From positions 25,485-89,484 of the forward strand of contig JAFUHX010000031.1 in NCBI GenBank assembly GCA_017474045.1: 64,000 nt of DNA, read 5' to 3'. The notes beneath the pieces are model-generated. The model searched no databases. It was not told where the DNA came from and worked only from the letters and a program-made list of their open reading frames with translations. Within the stretch, counting starts at the first letter, position 1. The number at the start of each line of letters is the position of its first letter. The translations under genes and the position numbers were made by a program. Source of the DNA: Clostridia bacterium. GTDB taxonomy: Bacteria > Bacillota > Clostridia > Oscillospirales > Acutalibacteraceae. This document shows, one piece after another, positions 29,446 to 39,448 of this stretch.

Positions 29446-30102
29446 TTAACCAACCTTCAAGCCGAAAATCGAAGCGCAGATATTAAGATATTTATCGATA
29501 ATAAAATCAGAAACTATGCTGATGGGAAGGCTGAAAGCACCAACAACAACCAAAACAAGCATGATTATTGAAATATATCTTTCATACTGCAAGAACTTAA
29601 AATATGTTTTATCAGGAACTATAAGCCTTAGAATTCTTGAGCCGTCAAGCGGCGGAACCGGAATAAGATTAAAAACAGCCAGACCGACATTTACCTGAGC
29701 TGTAAAGCTGAAAAACATTGCAATGTAATATGGCATAGTTTCCTTAACAACTGTTGTCTTTGCAAAAACCAAACAATAAAGAAAAATAAAAATAAAGCCC
29801 ATAACTAAATTAGATATCGGACCTGCCGCCGCAGTAAGAGCCATTCCGTATTTTGGGTTTTTGAAGTTTCTGGGATTAACCGGCACGGGCTTTGCATAAC
29901 CGAAGCCGCCGATAATTATCATAATTGAACCAAAAAGATCAAGATGAGCCAAGGGGTTAGGAGTCAGTCTTCCTGAAAGCTTGGCAGTTTTGTCGCCTAA
30001 TGCATTGGCAACTGCTGCATGAGCAAACTCATGGATTGGCAAAATACAAAACAAAACAAAAACTCTGGAGAGTATTTCAAGTAATGAAAATCTTCCAAAC
30101 AT
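29446..30102 (-). CDS. site-2 protease family (M50) membrane metalloprotease
   Basis: 218 aa, polytopic, with HExxH (HEFAHAAV) and NLIPVPPLDG motifs. Confidence 0.8.
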   Translation of the reverse strand: MFGRFSLLEILSRVFVLFCILPIHEFAHAAVANALGDKTAKLSGRLTPNPLAHLDLFGSIMIIIGGFGYAKPVPVNPRNFKNPKYGMALTAAAGPISNLVMGFIFIFLYCLVFAKTTVVKETMPYYIAMFFSFTAQVNVGLAVFNLIPVPPLDGSRILRLIVPDKTYFKFLQYERYISIIMLVLVVVGAFSLPISIVSDFIIDKYLNICASIFGLKVG

Positions 30103-30117
30103 AATTTATCCTTTCTG

Positions 30118-30969
30118 TTACTGTCTGATAGCAACAACAAAACGTTCAATATCGTTAAAATCTTTGATTATTTCGGTCTCAGAGGCATATTTCATGAAAA
30201 TTTGCGAAATATCTTTGGCTTGGTCTTCACCACATTCAACGGCGATAATTCCGCCTTTTTTCATTTTTGAAAACCATTTTTCACTTAGCGCATGATAAAA
30301 AATCAAGCCGTCCTCCCCACCGTCAAGAGCCATAACCGGTTCTTTTAAAACTTCTGATTGAAGACCGGCAATATCTGAAGTTTTTATGTATGGAGGGTTA
30401 GAAACTATTATATCAGGCATAGGCAGAAATGAAAAGGCATCATAGCCGTCAAGAATGTCACCCTGAATACTGACAGCTGTACGTCCCATACCTAAAGCCA
30501 TTTTATTTTTTTCAAGATAACATATTGCCTGATGTGATTTTTCAATTAAATAAACATCAGCATTATCGGCAAAATGCTTTATTGAAAGTCCGATACAACC
30601 GCTTCCTGCACACAAATCAAAAACAACCGTTTTTTCATTTCTTTTTGCTTTGTTGATTATATATTCACAAAGCTCTTCTGTTTCCGGACGAGGAATTAAA
30701 ACACCCTCTCCAACATAAAAATCCAAACCCATGAATTCCCATTTTCCGACAATATATTGAACGGGAATTCCGTCTATTCTTTTCAACACATCAGAATTGA
30801 CAATTTCTTTTTCTTCTTCTGAAGCTTCCCTATCTCTTTCAAAAAGAAATCTTCCGTGAGGAATTTTGCAAGCATATTCGGTTAAAATTCTCGCATCACT
30901 TTCAGCTTCATCAATGCCGTTTATTTTGAGTTGCTGACAACAAAGTTTATATAAATCAAAAACCGTCAT
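30118..30969 (-). CDS. prmC: peptide chain release factor N5-glutamine methyltransferase
   Basis: 283 aa with the SAM motif DLCAGSGCIG and the catalytic NPPY (VSNPPYI). Confidence 0.9.
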   Translation of the reverse strand: MTVFDLYKLCCQQLKINGIDEAESDARILTEYACKIPHGRFLFERDREASEEEKEIVNSDVLKRIDGIPVQYIVGKWEFMGLDFYVGEGVLIPRPETEELCEYIINKAKRNEKTVVFDLCAGSGCIGLSIKHFADNADVYLIEKSHQAICYLEKNKMALGMGRTAVSIQGDILDGYDAFSFLPMPDIIVSNPPYIKTSDIAGLQSEVLKEPVMALDGGEDGLIFYHALSEKWFSKMKKGGIIAVECGEDQAKDISQIFMKYASETEIIKDFNDIERFVVAIRQ

Positions 30970-31943
30970 ACTGCATCATCTTCAGGGTTGTCGGTTATTA
31001 CCGCTTTGAAAGCCTCGAGAGCGACCTCAATCATAGAATCATCAGGCTCTTTTGTGGTAAGACGCTGCATCCACAACCCGGGTGCCGAAAGAAATCTTAC
31101 CAATAAATTATCGTGTCTTCCGGCATATTTAATAAATTCATATCCAAGACCCATAACGAGGGGAAGAATAAGAAGCTTAACAGCCATCCAGACAACAGTT
31201 ATGTCTCTCAGCTGAGGGAAAGCAACTGAAACAGCAGAAGAAATTATTACGCTGAGAATAATCATAACAAACATAAAAGAGGTTCCGCAGCGAGGATGAA
31301 AACGTGATTGCTTTCTGACATTTTCAACTGTCAGCTCAAGACCGTTTTCATAGCAGAAAATTGTTTTATGCTCAGCACCGTGATACATAAATGTTCTTCT
31401 GATGTCTTTCATCAGAGAAACAAGAGCAATATAGACAACAAAAATAATCATTCTCATAACGCCTTCAATCAATGCTCTGAAATTATCAAGAGCACCGCCT
31501 GAAAGCTTATTAAACCAATTGGTTATTATTGTTGGAAGATAGAAAAAAAGAGCAAAGGCAAGCAAAATACCGAGTACACTTGCAATTCCCGTCAGGATAT
31601 TCATGAATGTTTTATTCATGTGGTCGTTAAGCCACTTATCAAGCTTAGACATATTCTCTTCACTTTCAGCCAAGTCCTCAAATCCTGATTTTTCAGCTGA
31701 CTCCATCAAGCATGAATATCCGAAAATCATTGATTCAACAAAATTAACAACACCTCTGATTATTGGCCAACCGAGAAATTTAATTTTATCTCTGATATGC
31801 TTGACCTGCTTTTCTTCAGTGCTTATTGAACCGTCAGGCATTCTGACAGACATTGCGGCACCTTTTGGTCCCTGCATCATTATTCCTTCAATAAGAGCCT
31901 GTCCGCCCACAGATGTTTTATGAATAACCTTATCTTTAGGCAA
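30966..31943 (-). CDS. DUF1385 (YqhQ-like) membrane protein
   Basis: 325 aa containing GGQALIEGIMMQG and HGAEHK motifs. It overlaps prmC by 4 nt (ATGA), a commonly seen pairing. Confidence 0.85.
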   Translation of the reverse strand: MPKDKVIHKTSVGGQALIEGIMMQGPKGAAMSVRMPDGSISTEEKQVKHIRDKIKFLGWPIIRGVVNFVESMIFGYSCLMESAEKSGFEDLAESEENMSKLDKWLNDHMNKTFMNILTGIASVLGILLAFALFFYLPTIITNWFNKLSGGALDNFRALIEGVMRMIIFVVYIALVSLMKDIRRTFMYHGAEHKTIFCYENGLELTVENVRKQSRFHPRCGTSFMFVMIILSVIISSAVSVAFPQLRDITVVWMAVKLLILPLVMGLGYEFIKYAGRHDNLLVRFLSAPGLWMQRLTTKEPDDSMIEVALEAFKAVITDNPEDDAV

Positions 31944-31945
31944 AA

Positions 31946-33367
31946 TTATTCCTCCTCACTTTTGAGAACAAAGCAAACCTCGACTTTTGTTCCCTCGTTA
32001 ACAACGCTTTCAATGTTTAATGTTCCTCCGTGAGCTTTAACGATCTCATCAACAACAGCAAGACCGATTCCCGTTCCGCGAACTTCATTGTTAGCTTTAA
32101 AAAACTTTTCTTTTATATGGACAAGGTCGTTGCTTTTGATTCCAACACCATTATCCTGAAATGTTATTTTAACATATTTTTTGTTTTTTGCAACAGAAAC
32201 TTTTATTTTTCCACCAGCAGAAGAATATTTGACTGCATTATCAAGAATATTAACAAAAACCTGACAAATTCTGTCGCTGTCACCGTCAACTATAAAAGAT
32301 TCCTTTTCATCGTATTCTAAAATAATTTCTTTATTTTCATTTTGGGCTTTTGATGCGTAGATTAAAAACGCCTGATTGACCTCAGCAATTATATCAACAA
32401 CGCCCTCTTTAATGTGAAATTTTCCGTTTTGGATTCTTGAAAAATCAAGAAGCTCTTCAACCATTGAAGAAAGTCTTGTTGTTTCGCTGAGAATAACATT
32501 TAAGCCTTTTGTTATGATTTCATCATTGCATGTATCCAAAGAAATCAAAGTTTCGCCCCAACCTTTAATTGCGGTCAGCGGTGTTCGTATTTCATGAGAA
32601 ACAGTTGAAATAAATTCATTTTTAATTCTGTCGGTTTCACCAAGTTTCTCAGCCATTTCATTGATGTTTGAGCATAGAGAACTGATTTCATCATTAAATT
32701 TCTGAACATCAATTCGAGCTGATAAGTCGCCTTCGGCAATTTTTTTTGCAGTTTCGCTGATTTGATTCACCGGTTCGACAATTGTTGAAACAAAATATGA
32801 ACCAGAGTTTGACATTATCATTACCAGCAAAAGAAAAACACCATAAACAAAGAACGAAAGAAAAATCAGCTGATGATTGACATCCTGAAGCGAAATAATA
32901 CTTCTGACAGCGCCAAAAACAATACCGTTACTGTCACAAAGAATATAAGTTGATGCCATAACAGGCTCTCCCCAAGGCATTGAAGTTTTCATTGTATAAG
33001 AGCCATCCTCACTGTTTAAAGCTTCTTTATAGTCAGGCATTTCAGTATATTGGGAGACATCATAACCGCTTGAAGACGCAATTGGCACACCGTTTTTGTC
33101 AATGACCCAGATATCCTTTGTTTCTTCCGCTTTTCCATAATCCAGAAAATTATAGGCTGCTTTTTTAAATTCATTATTGTCATGTATATTTATATTTTTA
33201 AAATATGTATCAATAATCATGTGATTATTGAATTCAACTGTTGATTCAACAATATTATAATACTTATTAACAAGCAAATAGATGATCATTGTACAAGCGG
33301 CAAAAATAACAATTGCCGTTAATAACAAAATATTTTTTCGCCAGCGAACTCTGATACCGCTTTTCAC
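31946..33367 (-). CDS. sensor histidine kinase (two TM helices, extracytoplasmic PDC/Cache-like domain, HAMP, HisKA, HATPase_c)
   Basis: 473 aa with H-box VSHEIRTPLTAIKGW, N-box NILDNAVKYS and G-box GTGIGLAVV. Confidence 0.85.
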   Translation of the reverse strand: MKSGIRVRWRKNILLLTAIVIFAACTMIIYLLVNKYYNIVESTVEFNNHMIIDTYFKNINIHDNNEFKKAAYNFLDYGKAEETKDIWVIDKNGVPIASSSGYDVSQYTEMPDYKEALNSEDGSYTMKTSMPWGEPVMASTYILCDSNGIVFGAVRSIISLQDVNHQLIFLSFFVYGVFLLLVMIMSNSGSYFVSTIVEPVNQISETAKKIAEGDLSARIDVQKFNDEISSLCSNINEMAEKLGETDRIKNEFISTVSHEIRTPLTAIKGWGETLISLDTCNDEIITKGLNVILSETTRLSSMVEELLDFSRIQNGKFHIKEGVVDIIAEVNQAFLIYASKAQNENKEIILEYDEKESFIVDGDSDRICQVFVNILDNAVKYSSAGGKIKVSVAKNKKYVKITFQDNGVGIKSNDLVHIKEKFFKANNEVRGTGIGLAVVDEIVKAHGGTLNIESVVNEGTKVEVCFVLKSEEE

Positions 33368-33388
33368 AGCAAGACCTCCGTAATTAAA

Positions 33389-34090
33389 TTAAGGTATCCA
33401 CTTATACCCTTTTCCCCAAACAGTTACAAGATGTTTCGGGTTTGAAGGTTTATCTTCAATCTTTATTCTCAATCGTCTGATGTTGACATCAACTACTTTG
33501 TCGTCACCATAAAAGGATGTTCCCCAGACGTTTGTTAATATTTCGTTTCTCTCAACTGTTTCGTCGGGCCTTGAAAAAAGCATTTCAAGAATTTGAAACT
33601 CAATTTGTGAAAGATCAATTCTGGTTTCGTTATGAAAAACAGCGCGCTTAATTGTGCTGAGCATAAAGTCGCCAACGAAAATTTCATCTCTGCTTTCTTT
33701 GATTACGGTTTCTTTGCTCATTTCAACTCTACGATATAACGCATCGACTCTTGCAAGCAATTCGCTGACTGAAAAAGGCTTGGTAATATAGTCGTCTGCG
33801 CCGTTAATAAGTCCGGTTATTTTATCGGTCTCCTGAGTTTTTGCAGTTATGAAAATTATTCCAACCTTTTTGTTGAGGCTTCTGATATGCTTACAAACGG
33901 TCACACCATCAGTAAATGGAAGCATTATATCAAGCAAAACGACATCAATACTGTCGCTGTTGGCGTTATATTCTCTGATTGCTTCATTTCCGTTACCGGC
34001 TTCAATAACCTCATAGCCATTTCTTCTGAGATTAAGAGAAATTAAATCTCTTATTGCAAATTCATCTTCAGCAATTAATACTTTCTTCAT
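33389..34090 (-). CDS. OmpR-family response regulator
   Basis: 233 aa with a receiver domain (AEDE..., LLDIMLP, TAKT) and a winged-helix C-terminus (VDVNIRRLRIKIE, TVWGKGYKW). Confidence 0.9.
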   Translation of the reverse strand: MKKVLIAEDEFAIRDLISLNLRRNGYEVIEAGNGNEAIREYNANSDSIDVVLLDIMLPFTDGVTVCKHIRSLNKKVGIIFITAKTQETDKITGLINGADDYITKPFSVSELLARVDALYRRVEMSKETVIKESRDEIFVGDFMLSTIKRAVFHNETRIDLSQIEFQILEMLFSRPDETVERNEILTNVWGTSFYGDDKVVDVNIRRLRIKIEDKPSNPKHLVTVWGKGYKWIP

Positions 34091-35403
34091 TCAAAACATC
34101 CTTTCAGTTCAAATATCATATTATCTTGAAGAGTTTTTTCATTTACATTAAAAATAAGAGCATCATCAAAAAGTTTATAGTAATAGGTGTGATTTAAGCC
34201 TTTGTTCAATAGCTTATAGGATTTAGTTGTTGGGTTCCTGGATGAAGAGTCAGTAGTTTTAATTTCTAATATCGGCCTGCTTATGTCGATTTCTTTATTG
34301 CTGTTCAAAGCATAAAACTTTAAAGAGGCACCGTTATCAGTAATTATTGTTGTTATGGAATCCAACCAAAGCTGAGGCAGCTTAAAATAAAAGCCTTGAT
34401 TACTGTTATCAAGCATATATCCTACAGTTGTAATCTCATTTCCAGAAAGAAAAACCCAGTTGATAACAGGAACAGAATCTTTATCTGCTGAAATCTGAAA
34501 CGGTATTTCAAGCAACCCGTCACCGTTAACATCAGTTGATGAAATATTACTTTCTCTTTTCGAAAGCTGACAAATACTATCATTGTTAAACATTATATGC
34601 TCAAGGATTTTAAGCTCTTTTTTCCATTGAAGAACTTCAGTAATAAGAAGTCCGTCTGATGAAACGCCGTCAATAAACACTCTGAGGGAATTACCAAAAT
34701 TATCGTAATTAACAGACAAAACAGATGAAACCATGGTGTTGACCTTAACAGAGCCAACCTTTTTAATTATATCGTCATAGACCAAAAAAGAAGCATCAAA
34801 TGTATTAAAATTAACGTCATTCGGTGAAATGGTAAAAACATCTTTTCGTCCGTCAAGATTTATATCAATGCAGTTAAAAACGGTGTATTCACTTTGAAAA
34901 AGCATGTTAAGCTTATTTGAAGCTTTATCAGATGAAAAAATTTTAAGCATTTTTCCTGTGTTGTCAGGCCTCGAAAAAAATCCGATAATTATTTCGCAAA
35001 CACCGTCAGAATTCATGTCTGCAATTTCAAGCTTTTGAAGATCGAAAGCAGTATTGTCTGTTTTATCAAACAAAAACCATTCATCGTCTTTCTTTTCAAA
35101 GAGATACATTGTTACTTGCCCTGCTTCAGAATCGTTCTGAGCAAAAACAATTGCTTCTTTGGTTGTATCGCCGTCAATGTCTTCATAAATAATGGCAGAT
35201 TTTGAATCATTATAAGCAACAGATTTTAAAACTGAATCCTCACCAATTGTTTCATTAAGAATTTTACCGAGTCCACCTTGTGCATTTTCATAAACAGGAG
35301 GGCGCATAAGTGATTCAACAGGCTGCATCTCAGTTTTATACATTGCAATAAAAACAAAAGAAAGAACGCCAAAAAGAAGAACAGTTATAATATATTTTCT
35401 CAT
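34087..35403 (-). CDS. membrane-anchored protein with four FG-GAP/EF-hand-like DxDxDG motifs, function unknown
   Basis: 438 aa with an N-terminal signal anchor (IITVLLFGVLSFVFIAMY). The motifs are DIDGDTTKE, DMNSDGVCE, DINLDGRKD and DVNGDGLLE, at about aa 75, 129, 180 and 291. Its stop overlaps the response-regulator start by 4 nt. Confidence 0.6.
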   Translation of the reverse strand: MRKYIITVLLFGVLSFVFIAMYKTEMQPVESLMRPPVYENAQGGLGKILNETIGEDSVLKSVAYNDSKSAIIYEDIDGDTTKEAIVFAQNDSEAGQVTMYLFEKKDDEWFLFDKTDNTAFDLQKLEIADMNSDGVCEIIIGFFSRPDNTGKMLKIFSSDKASNKLNMLFQSEYTVFNCIDINLDGRKDVFTISPNDVNFNTFDASFLVYDDIIKKVGSVKVNTMVSSVLSVNYDNFGNSLRVFIDGVSSDGLLITEVLQWKKELKILEHIMFNNDSICQLSKRESNISSTDVNGDGLLEIPFQISADKDSVPVINWVFLSGNEITTVGYMLDNSNQGFYFKLPQLWLDSITTIITDNGASLKFYALNSNKEIDISRPILEIKTTDSSSRNPTTKSYKLLNKGLNHTYYYKLFDDALIFNVNEKTLQDNMIFELKGCFE

Positions 35404-35416
35404 GAATACCTCTTTT

Positions 35417-36934
35417 TTATTTGTTTAAAAATTCCTCAACCATAGAAATGTCTAATTGACTGCAGGTTTTTAAAAATCTTTCGGCCTCAGAAATGATTTT
35501 TTTAACTCCGCCAACACTATCACTTTCAGCATTCAGGGGCATTAAAGGATCATGAACGCTGAGGCGAAGCAAAAACCAACCATTTCCTGAGTCATCATTT
35601 AAGAAGACTCTTATTCCTTCGCGGTTGTCGTCAGCAATTTTCCAGCCTTTCTGTTCTGAAGCGAATTTTTCAAGATTTTCAATCACTTTGTTTCCGTATG
35701 CTCTGAAGTCTTCACAAAGAATTTTTGGACGAAGCTCGCAAGCTTCAACAGGATCTTTGAGATTTGAAATCAAAGACTCAAGCTTTTTGTTTTCTTTTCC
35801 CATCTGAGCCAATTTTATAATGATTTTTGTTATAAGATAAGCTCCGTCATCGAGATAATAGTTCTCACGAAAAGCGGCGTGTCCCGATGTTTCAATGGCA
35901 AGAGGACAGTTAACGCCATCTTCGTTAAGTCTGATTTGTTCGTTAATAACATTGCGATAACCGCGTTTAAATCTATAGTGAACGCCACCCAAGTTGCCGT
36001 TAATAAATTCCGTAAGTCCGGTTGAAGTTACACTATCAGTTACAATTGTTGCCCCTTCATTATTTTCCAACGCAATTAAGGAAGCAAGAGCTACCAAACG
36101 GTTTCTGTTTATTTCATTTCCGTTTTCATCAACACAAGCTGCTCTGTCAACGTCAGTATCAAAAATAATTCCGAGATCTGCCTTAGCCTTTATTGTGGCA
36201 TCACTGATACTCTTCATTGCGACCTTATTTTCCGGATTCGGAATATGATTAGGAAACATTCCGTCAGGTTCAAGGAACTGACTTGCGCTGACATCAGCAC
36301 CAAGCGGAGCAAGAACTTCAGTTGCATAAAAGCCGCCAACGCCATTTCCTGCGTCAACAACTATTTTATAATTTTTTAATGGTTTATTATAGTTTTCGGC
36401 TTTAACACCTTCACAAATCATTTTTCTCAATCTTCCTGCATATTGAGACATATAATCAGTTCCAACAATTTCACCGGTTTTATCGGGTGAAACATAATCT
36501 GAAGCCAACACGATTAAACGGTCAATATCACAACCGTTAAGACCGCCGTTTTTAGTGAAAAATTTGAGTCCGTTTCTGTCAAACGGATGATGACTTGCAG
36601 TTATTTGAACAGATGCGACACAATTAAGGTCAACAGTCGTCATGAACATTGCAGGAGTCGAAGCGTAGCCGCAATCTACAACGGTAAAACCAAAAGAAGA
36701 AATTGAAGAAACAACAGCTTTTTTTATTCTTTCAGCGGTAATTCTTGAATCATGACCTACAGATATTTTTGAATTTTCGGAAACACCGTTTTCAATAAGC
36801 CATAAACAAAAACCCGATGTCAAATCAAAAACAGCTTCATCGGTAAGTTCAATTTCTGCCGGATTTTCGCTGTATGCTACACCTCTTATATCTGTTCCGC
36901 TTTTGAGTTTCTTATAAAAATCAATCTTCATCAT
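35417..36934 (-). CDS. alpha-D-phosphohexomutase (phosphomannomutase/phosphoglucomutase family)
   Basis: 505 aa with the phosphoserine loop TASHHPFDRNGLK, a metal loop FDTDVDR and a sugar loop ETSGH. Confidence 0.85.
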   Translation of the reverse strand: MMKIDFYKKLKSGTDIRGVAYSENPAEIELTDEAVFDLTSGFCLWLIENGVSENSKISVGHDSRITAERIKKAVVSSISSFGFTVVDCGYASTPAMFMTTVDLNCVASVQITASHHPFDRNGLKFFTKNGGLNGCDIDRLIVLASDYVSPDKTGEIVGTDYMSQYAGRLRKMICEGVKAENYNKPLKNYKIVVDAGNGVGGFYATEVLAPLGADVSASQFLEPDGMFPNHIPNPENKVAMKSISDATIKAKADLGIIFDTDVDRAACVDENGNEINRNRLVALASLIALENNEGATIVTDSVTSTGLTEFINGNLGGVHYRFKRGYRNVINEQIRLNEDGVNCPLAIETSGHAAFRENYYLDDGAYLITKIIIKLAQMGKENKKLESLISNLKDPVEACELRPKILCEDFRAYGNKVIENLEKFASEQKGWKIADDNREGIRVFLNDDSGNGWFLLRLSVHDPLMPLNAESDSVGGVKKIISEAERFLKTCSQLDISMVEEFLNK

Positions 36935-37634
36935 AATTTTTCCCCTTTTCTGAAATAATTCTTTCGCAAACTTTAATTAAAAATTTATACATTGGTGTGT
37001 AAGCATTGATGTTTTTTCTGATTTCATCAAGAATGTTATGGCTGAAAATCGGACTGAGATCTGACGAAAAATTAATGAAATACAGATATTTGGCATTATA
37101 AAAAGGTCTGACGGATTTCGGAAGTAATTCGCTGCCCGGTTTTTCTTTTTTGAAACATTCAAAATCAACAACAGCTCCAAGACTATATGCACTTTCACAC
37201 GCAGCGATGAATTCTTCAGTGTTTTCAAGAATAGTTTTTCTGTAAACATCAAGATAACCCGGTTCAATTCTGAAGGTCCCAACACCGATGCTGTAGCCAC
37301 CGGGCATGATTTCAAACCACATGCAAGGCTGATGATGCCAATGATGCTTATGGCGCATAAACATACACCACATATTATCGCGATACATTTCTTTGTTCTT
37401 GGCAAAGCGCGTATCTCTTCTGATTCTCGAAACCATTTTTTGCGGTATTAAATTCATGTGAGGATCTATTTCAAAAAGCTCATCACATAAATCACTGCAA
37501 AGCTGTCTCATAGGTATTGTAGCTTTTTTCTTTAAAACTTCCTTAATACTCTCATAATAAGGTCTGCTATCGTTAAACTTGTTTTCAGCAAGCAGAAGGA
37601 GCGTATCATCATCAAAGCCTTTAAAACTATCCAT
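36921..37634 (-). CDS. DUF2461 (TIGR02453) family protein
   Basis: 237 aa containing N..NDSRPYYE...RIRRDTRFAKNKEMY, the family signature as I recall it. It overlaps the mutase start by 14 nt. Confidence 0.7.
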   Translation of the reverse strand: MDSFKGFDDDTLLLLAENKFNDSRPYYESIKEVLKKKATIPMRQLCSDLCDELFEIDPHMNLIPQKMVSRIRRDTRFAKNKEMYRDNMWCMFMRHKHHWHHQPCMWFEIMPGGYSIGVGTFRIEPGYLDVYRKTILENTEEFIAACESAYSLGAVVDFECFKKEKPGSELLPKSVRPFYNAKYLYFINFSSDLSPIFSHNILDEIRKNINAYTPMYKFLIKVCERIISEKGKNYDED

Positions 37635-37668
37635 AAATTTCTCCGTTACAAAAAAATATCTGAATATA

Positions 37669-38433
37669 TTATTTATTCAAGTAACCAATGCAAATTGATT
37701 TTTTAAAACCATTCTTCTGATAAAAAGCTTCAGCTGACTTGTTAAGAGCGATTACAAAAACAGTTTTCCCCTCATTTTTTAATTCTTCTGCAAGTGTCAG
37801 AACAACGCTCTTTCCAAGACCTTTACCTCTCATATCAGAATTACTGGCAACACCGCTGATCAAAGCAGAATAACTGCTTTCGGCGGCAGTCATAGCGCAA
37901 GCCACTAACTGATTGTTATTAGTTACGCTTTTAAGTCGAGCAAGACCTCTGCGCTGTCTGAAGGTAAAATCAGACAAAAAATGAAGATATGAGGATTCAT
38001 CATTTGAAAAAGAACCGGGAATTTCTTTTGAAATCAGGGTATAAACTTCGCGTAAAGACTCAGTATTTCCGGCGCTTTCAAAGCTTATAAAGCTATTGGG
38101 CAAATATTCAAACATTTGCTTAGTATCGTGCGGTCTGATTGAAAGCAATCTGAAGGTTTCAGTATCAGCGCAAAGCGAGCTAAAACCATCACCTGAAAGG
38201 AAGCAGGAAAGTTCTTCAAAATCAGCTTTTTCAGACGCGCAGAGGGTTGCTGAACCTTCAAAGTCACAGAAGACCGAGGTTATTTCTTTATCTGAATATC
38301 CGACCCAAACATTGAGAAAACCGCAATTAAAGCCATAAGCTTCTATATAACATAAAACTCTGACACCGAGAGGAAAATCTTTTAAAAAATTTTCCATCTC
38401 TTTTTTATTGTTTATTTCTGCAAGTTTAAGCAT
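37669..38433 (-). CDS. GNAT-family N-acetyltransferase
   Basis: The C-terminal acetyl-CoA motif is RGKGLGKSV...FYQKNGF. I chose the ATG at 38433, which has GAGGA 8 nt upstream and overlaps the upstream stop. Confidence 0.7.
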   Translation of the reverse strand: MLKLAEINNKKEMENFLKDFPLGVRVLCYIEAYGFNCGFLNVWVGYSDKEITSVFCDFEGSATLCASEKADFEELSCFLSGDGFSSLCADTETFRLLSIRPHDTKQMFEYLPNSFISFESAGNTESLREVYTLISKEIPGSFSNDESSYLHFLSDFTFRQRRGLARLKSVTNNNQLVACAMTAAESSYSALISGVASNSDMRGKGLGKSVVLTLAEELKNEGKTVFVIALNKSAEAFYQKNGFKKSICIGYLNK

Positions 38434-39448
38434 TGGCATATTCCTCAAGAAGAGCGCAAGCAAGTTTATAGCATGAATTCATATCGTTTTTATCAGCAAT
38501 ACTTGCTCCTGAGTGAATATAACGGCAAGGAAGAGAAACGGTAATAGTATAAATTCCGCCATTGGAAAGATGAATTGCTCCGGCATCGTTTCCGCCTGCA
38601 ACAACTGTTTTTGTCTGACAAGGTATATTTTTCTCTTTGGCAATTTCAAAAGCGCGTTTAAACATATTCTTATTATATACGGTTGCCCTATCCATAAAAG
38701 AAACAACTGCTCCTTCTCCGAGTTTGCAAACGCATGAAGCACCGCTTACTCCTGCAACGTCGGCAGCTGTAGTTGCCTCGAGAACAATTGCATAATCAGG
38801 TTCAACAGAAAATGCCGCCGGTCCTGCTCCTCTGAGTCCGACTTCTTCCTGAACGAGAAAAACAAAATATCCGTCAAAAAGCAATTCACTCTCAAGCATT
38901 TTTATAAGGCATGAGCAGCCAAAACGGTCATCAATTGCTTTAGCCTTAACCTTGTTTCCGCAAAAATCTTCAAAATCTGAAGAAAAATAGGCGCAATCCC
39001 CTATTGAAACATATTTTTCAGCCTCTTCTTTTGTTGAAGCACCGATATCAATATACATTTTATCAACAGTCGGTACAGTAGTTCTCTCGTCGCCGGAACA
39101 AAGATGAATCGCTTTAATTCCGATAACTCCGTCAATATTATCCTCTCCAACAAAAACATTTCTTCCAATAATTACCTTTTCATCAATTCCGCCAACAGTA
39201 TCAAACTGAAGGTAGCCATCATCGGTAATATAGGTTATAATGAAGCCAACTTCGTCCATGTGAGCTGTTAACATGACTTTATTCTTGGGCTCGTTTGTAC
39301 CCTTTTTAAAACAAATAAGATTGCCCATGGGATCAACGCGATATTCACATAAGCCATGTATTCTTGAAATAATATATTCTCTGATTTTTTCTTCTCTTCC
39401 GGAGGTTCCGTTTAATTCGCAAAGAGCTTTAAGTGTTTCAGTCATCAA
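38426..39448 (-). CDS. M42 family metallopeptidase (TET/FrvX/YsdC-like aminopeptidase)
   Basis: 340 aa: TAHMDEVGF, DDRFGC, QEEVGLRGA, H at the C-terminus (RYIHS). Confidence 0.85.
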   Translation of the reverse strand: MMTETLKALCELNGTSGREEKIREYIISRIHGLCEYRVDPMGNLICFKKGTNEPKNKVMLTAHMDEVGFIITYITDDGYLQFDTVGGIDEKVIIGRNVFVGEDNIDGVIGIKAIHLCSGDERTTVPTVDKMYIDIGASTKEEAEKYVSIGDCAYFSSDFEDFCGNKVKAKAIDDRFGCSCLIKMLESELLFDGYFVFLVQEEVGLRGAGPAAFSVEPDYAIVLEATTAADVAGVSGASCVCKLGEGAVVSFMDRATVYNKNMFKRAFEIAKEKNIPCQTKTVVAGGNDAGAIHLSNGGIYTITVSLPCRYIHSGASIADKNDMNSCYKLACALLEEYANA

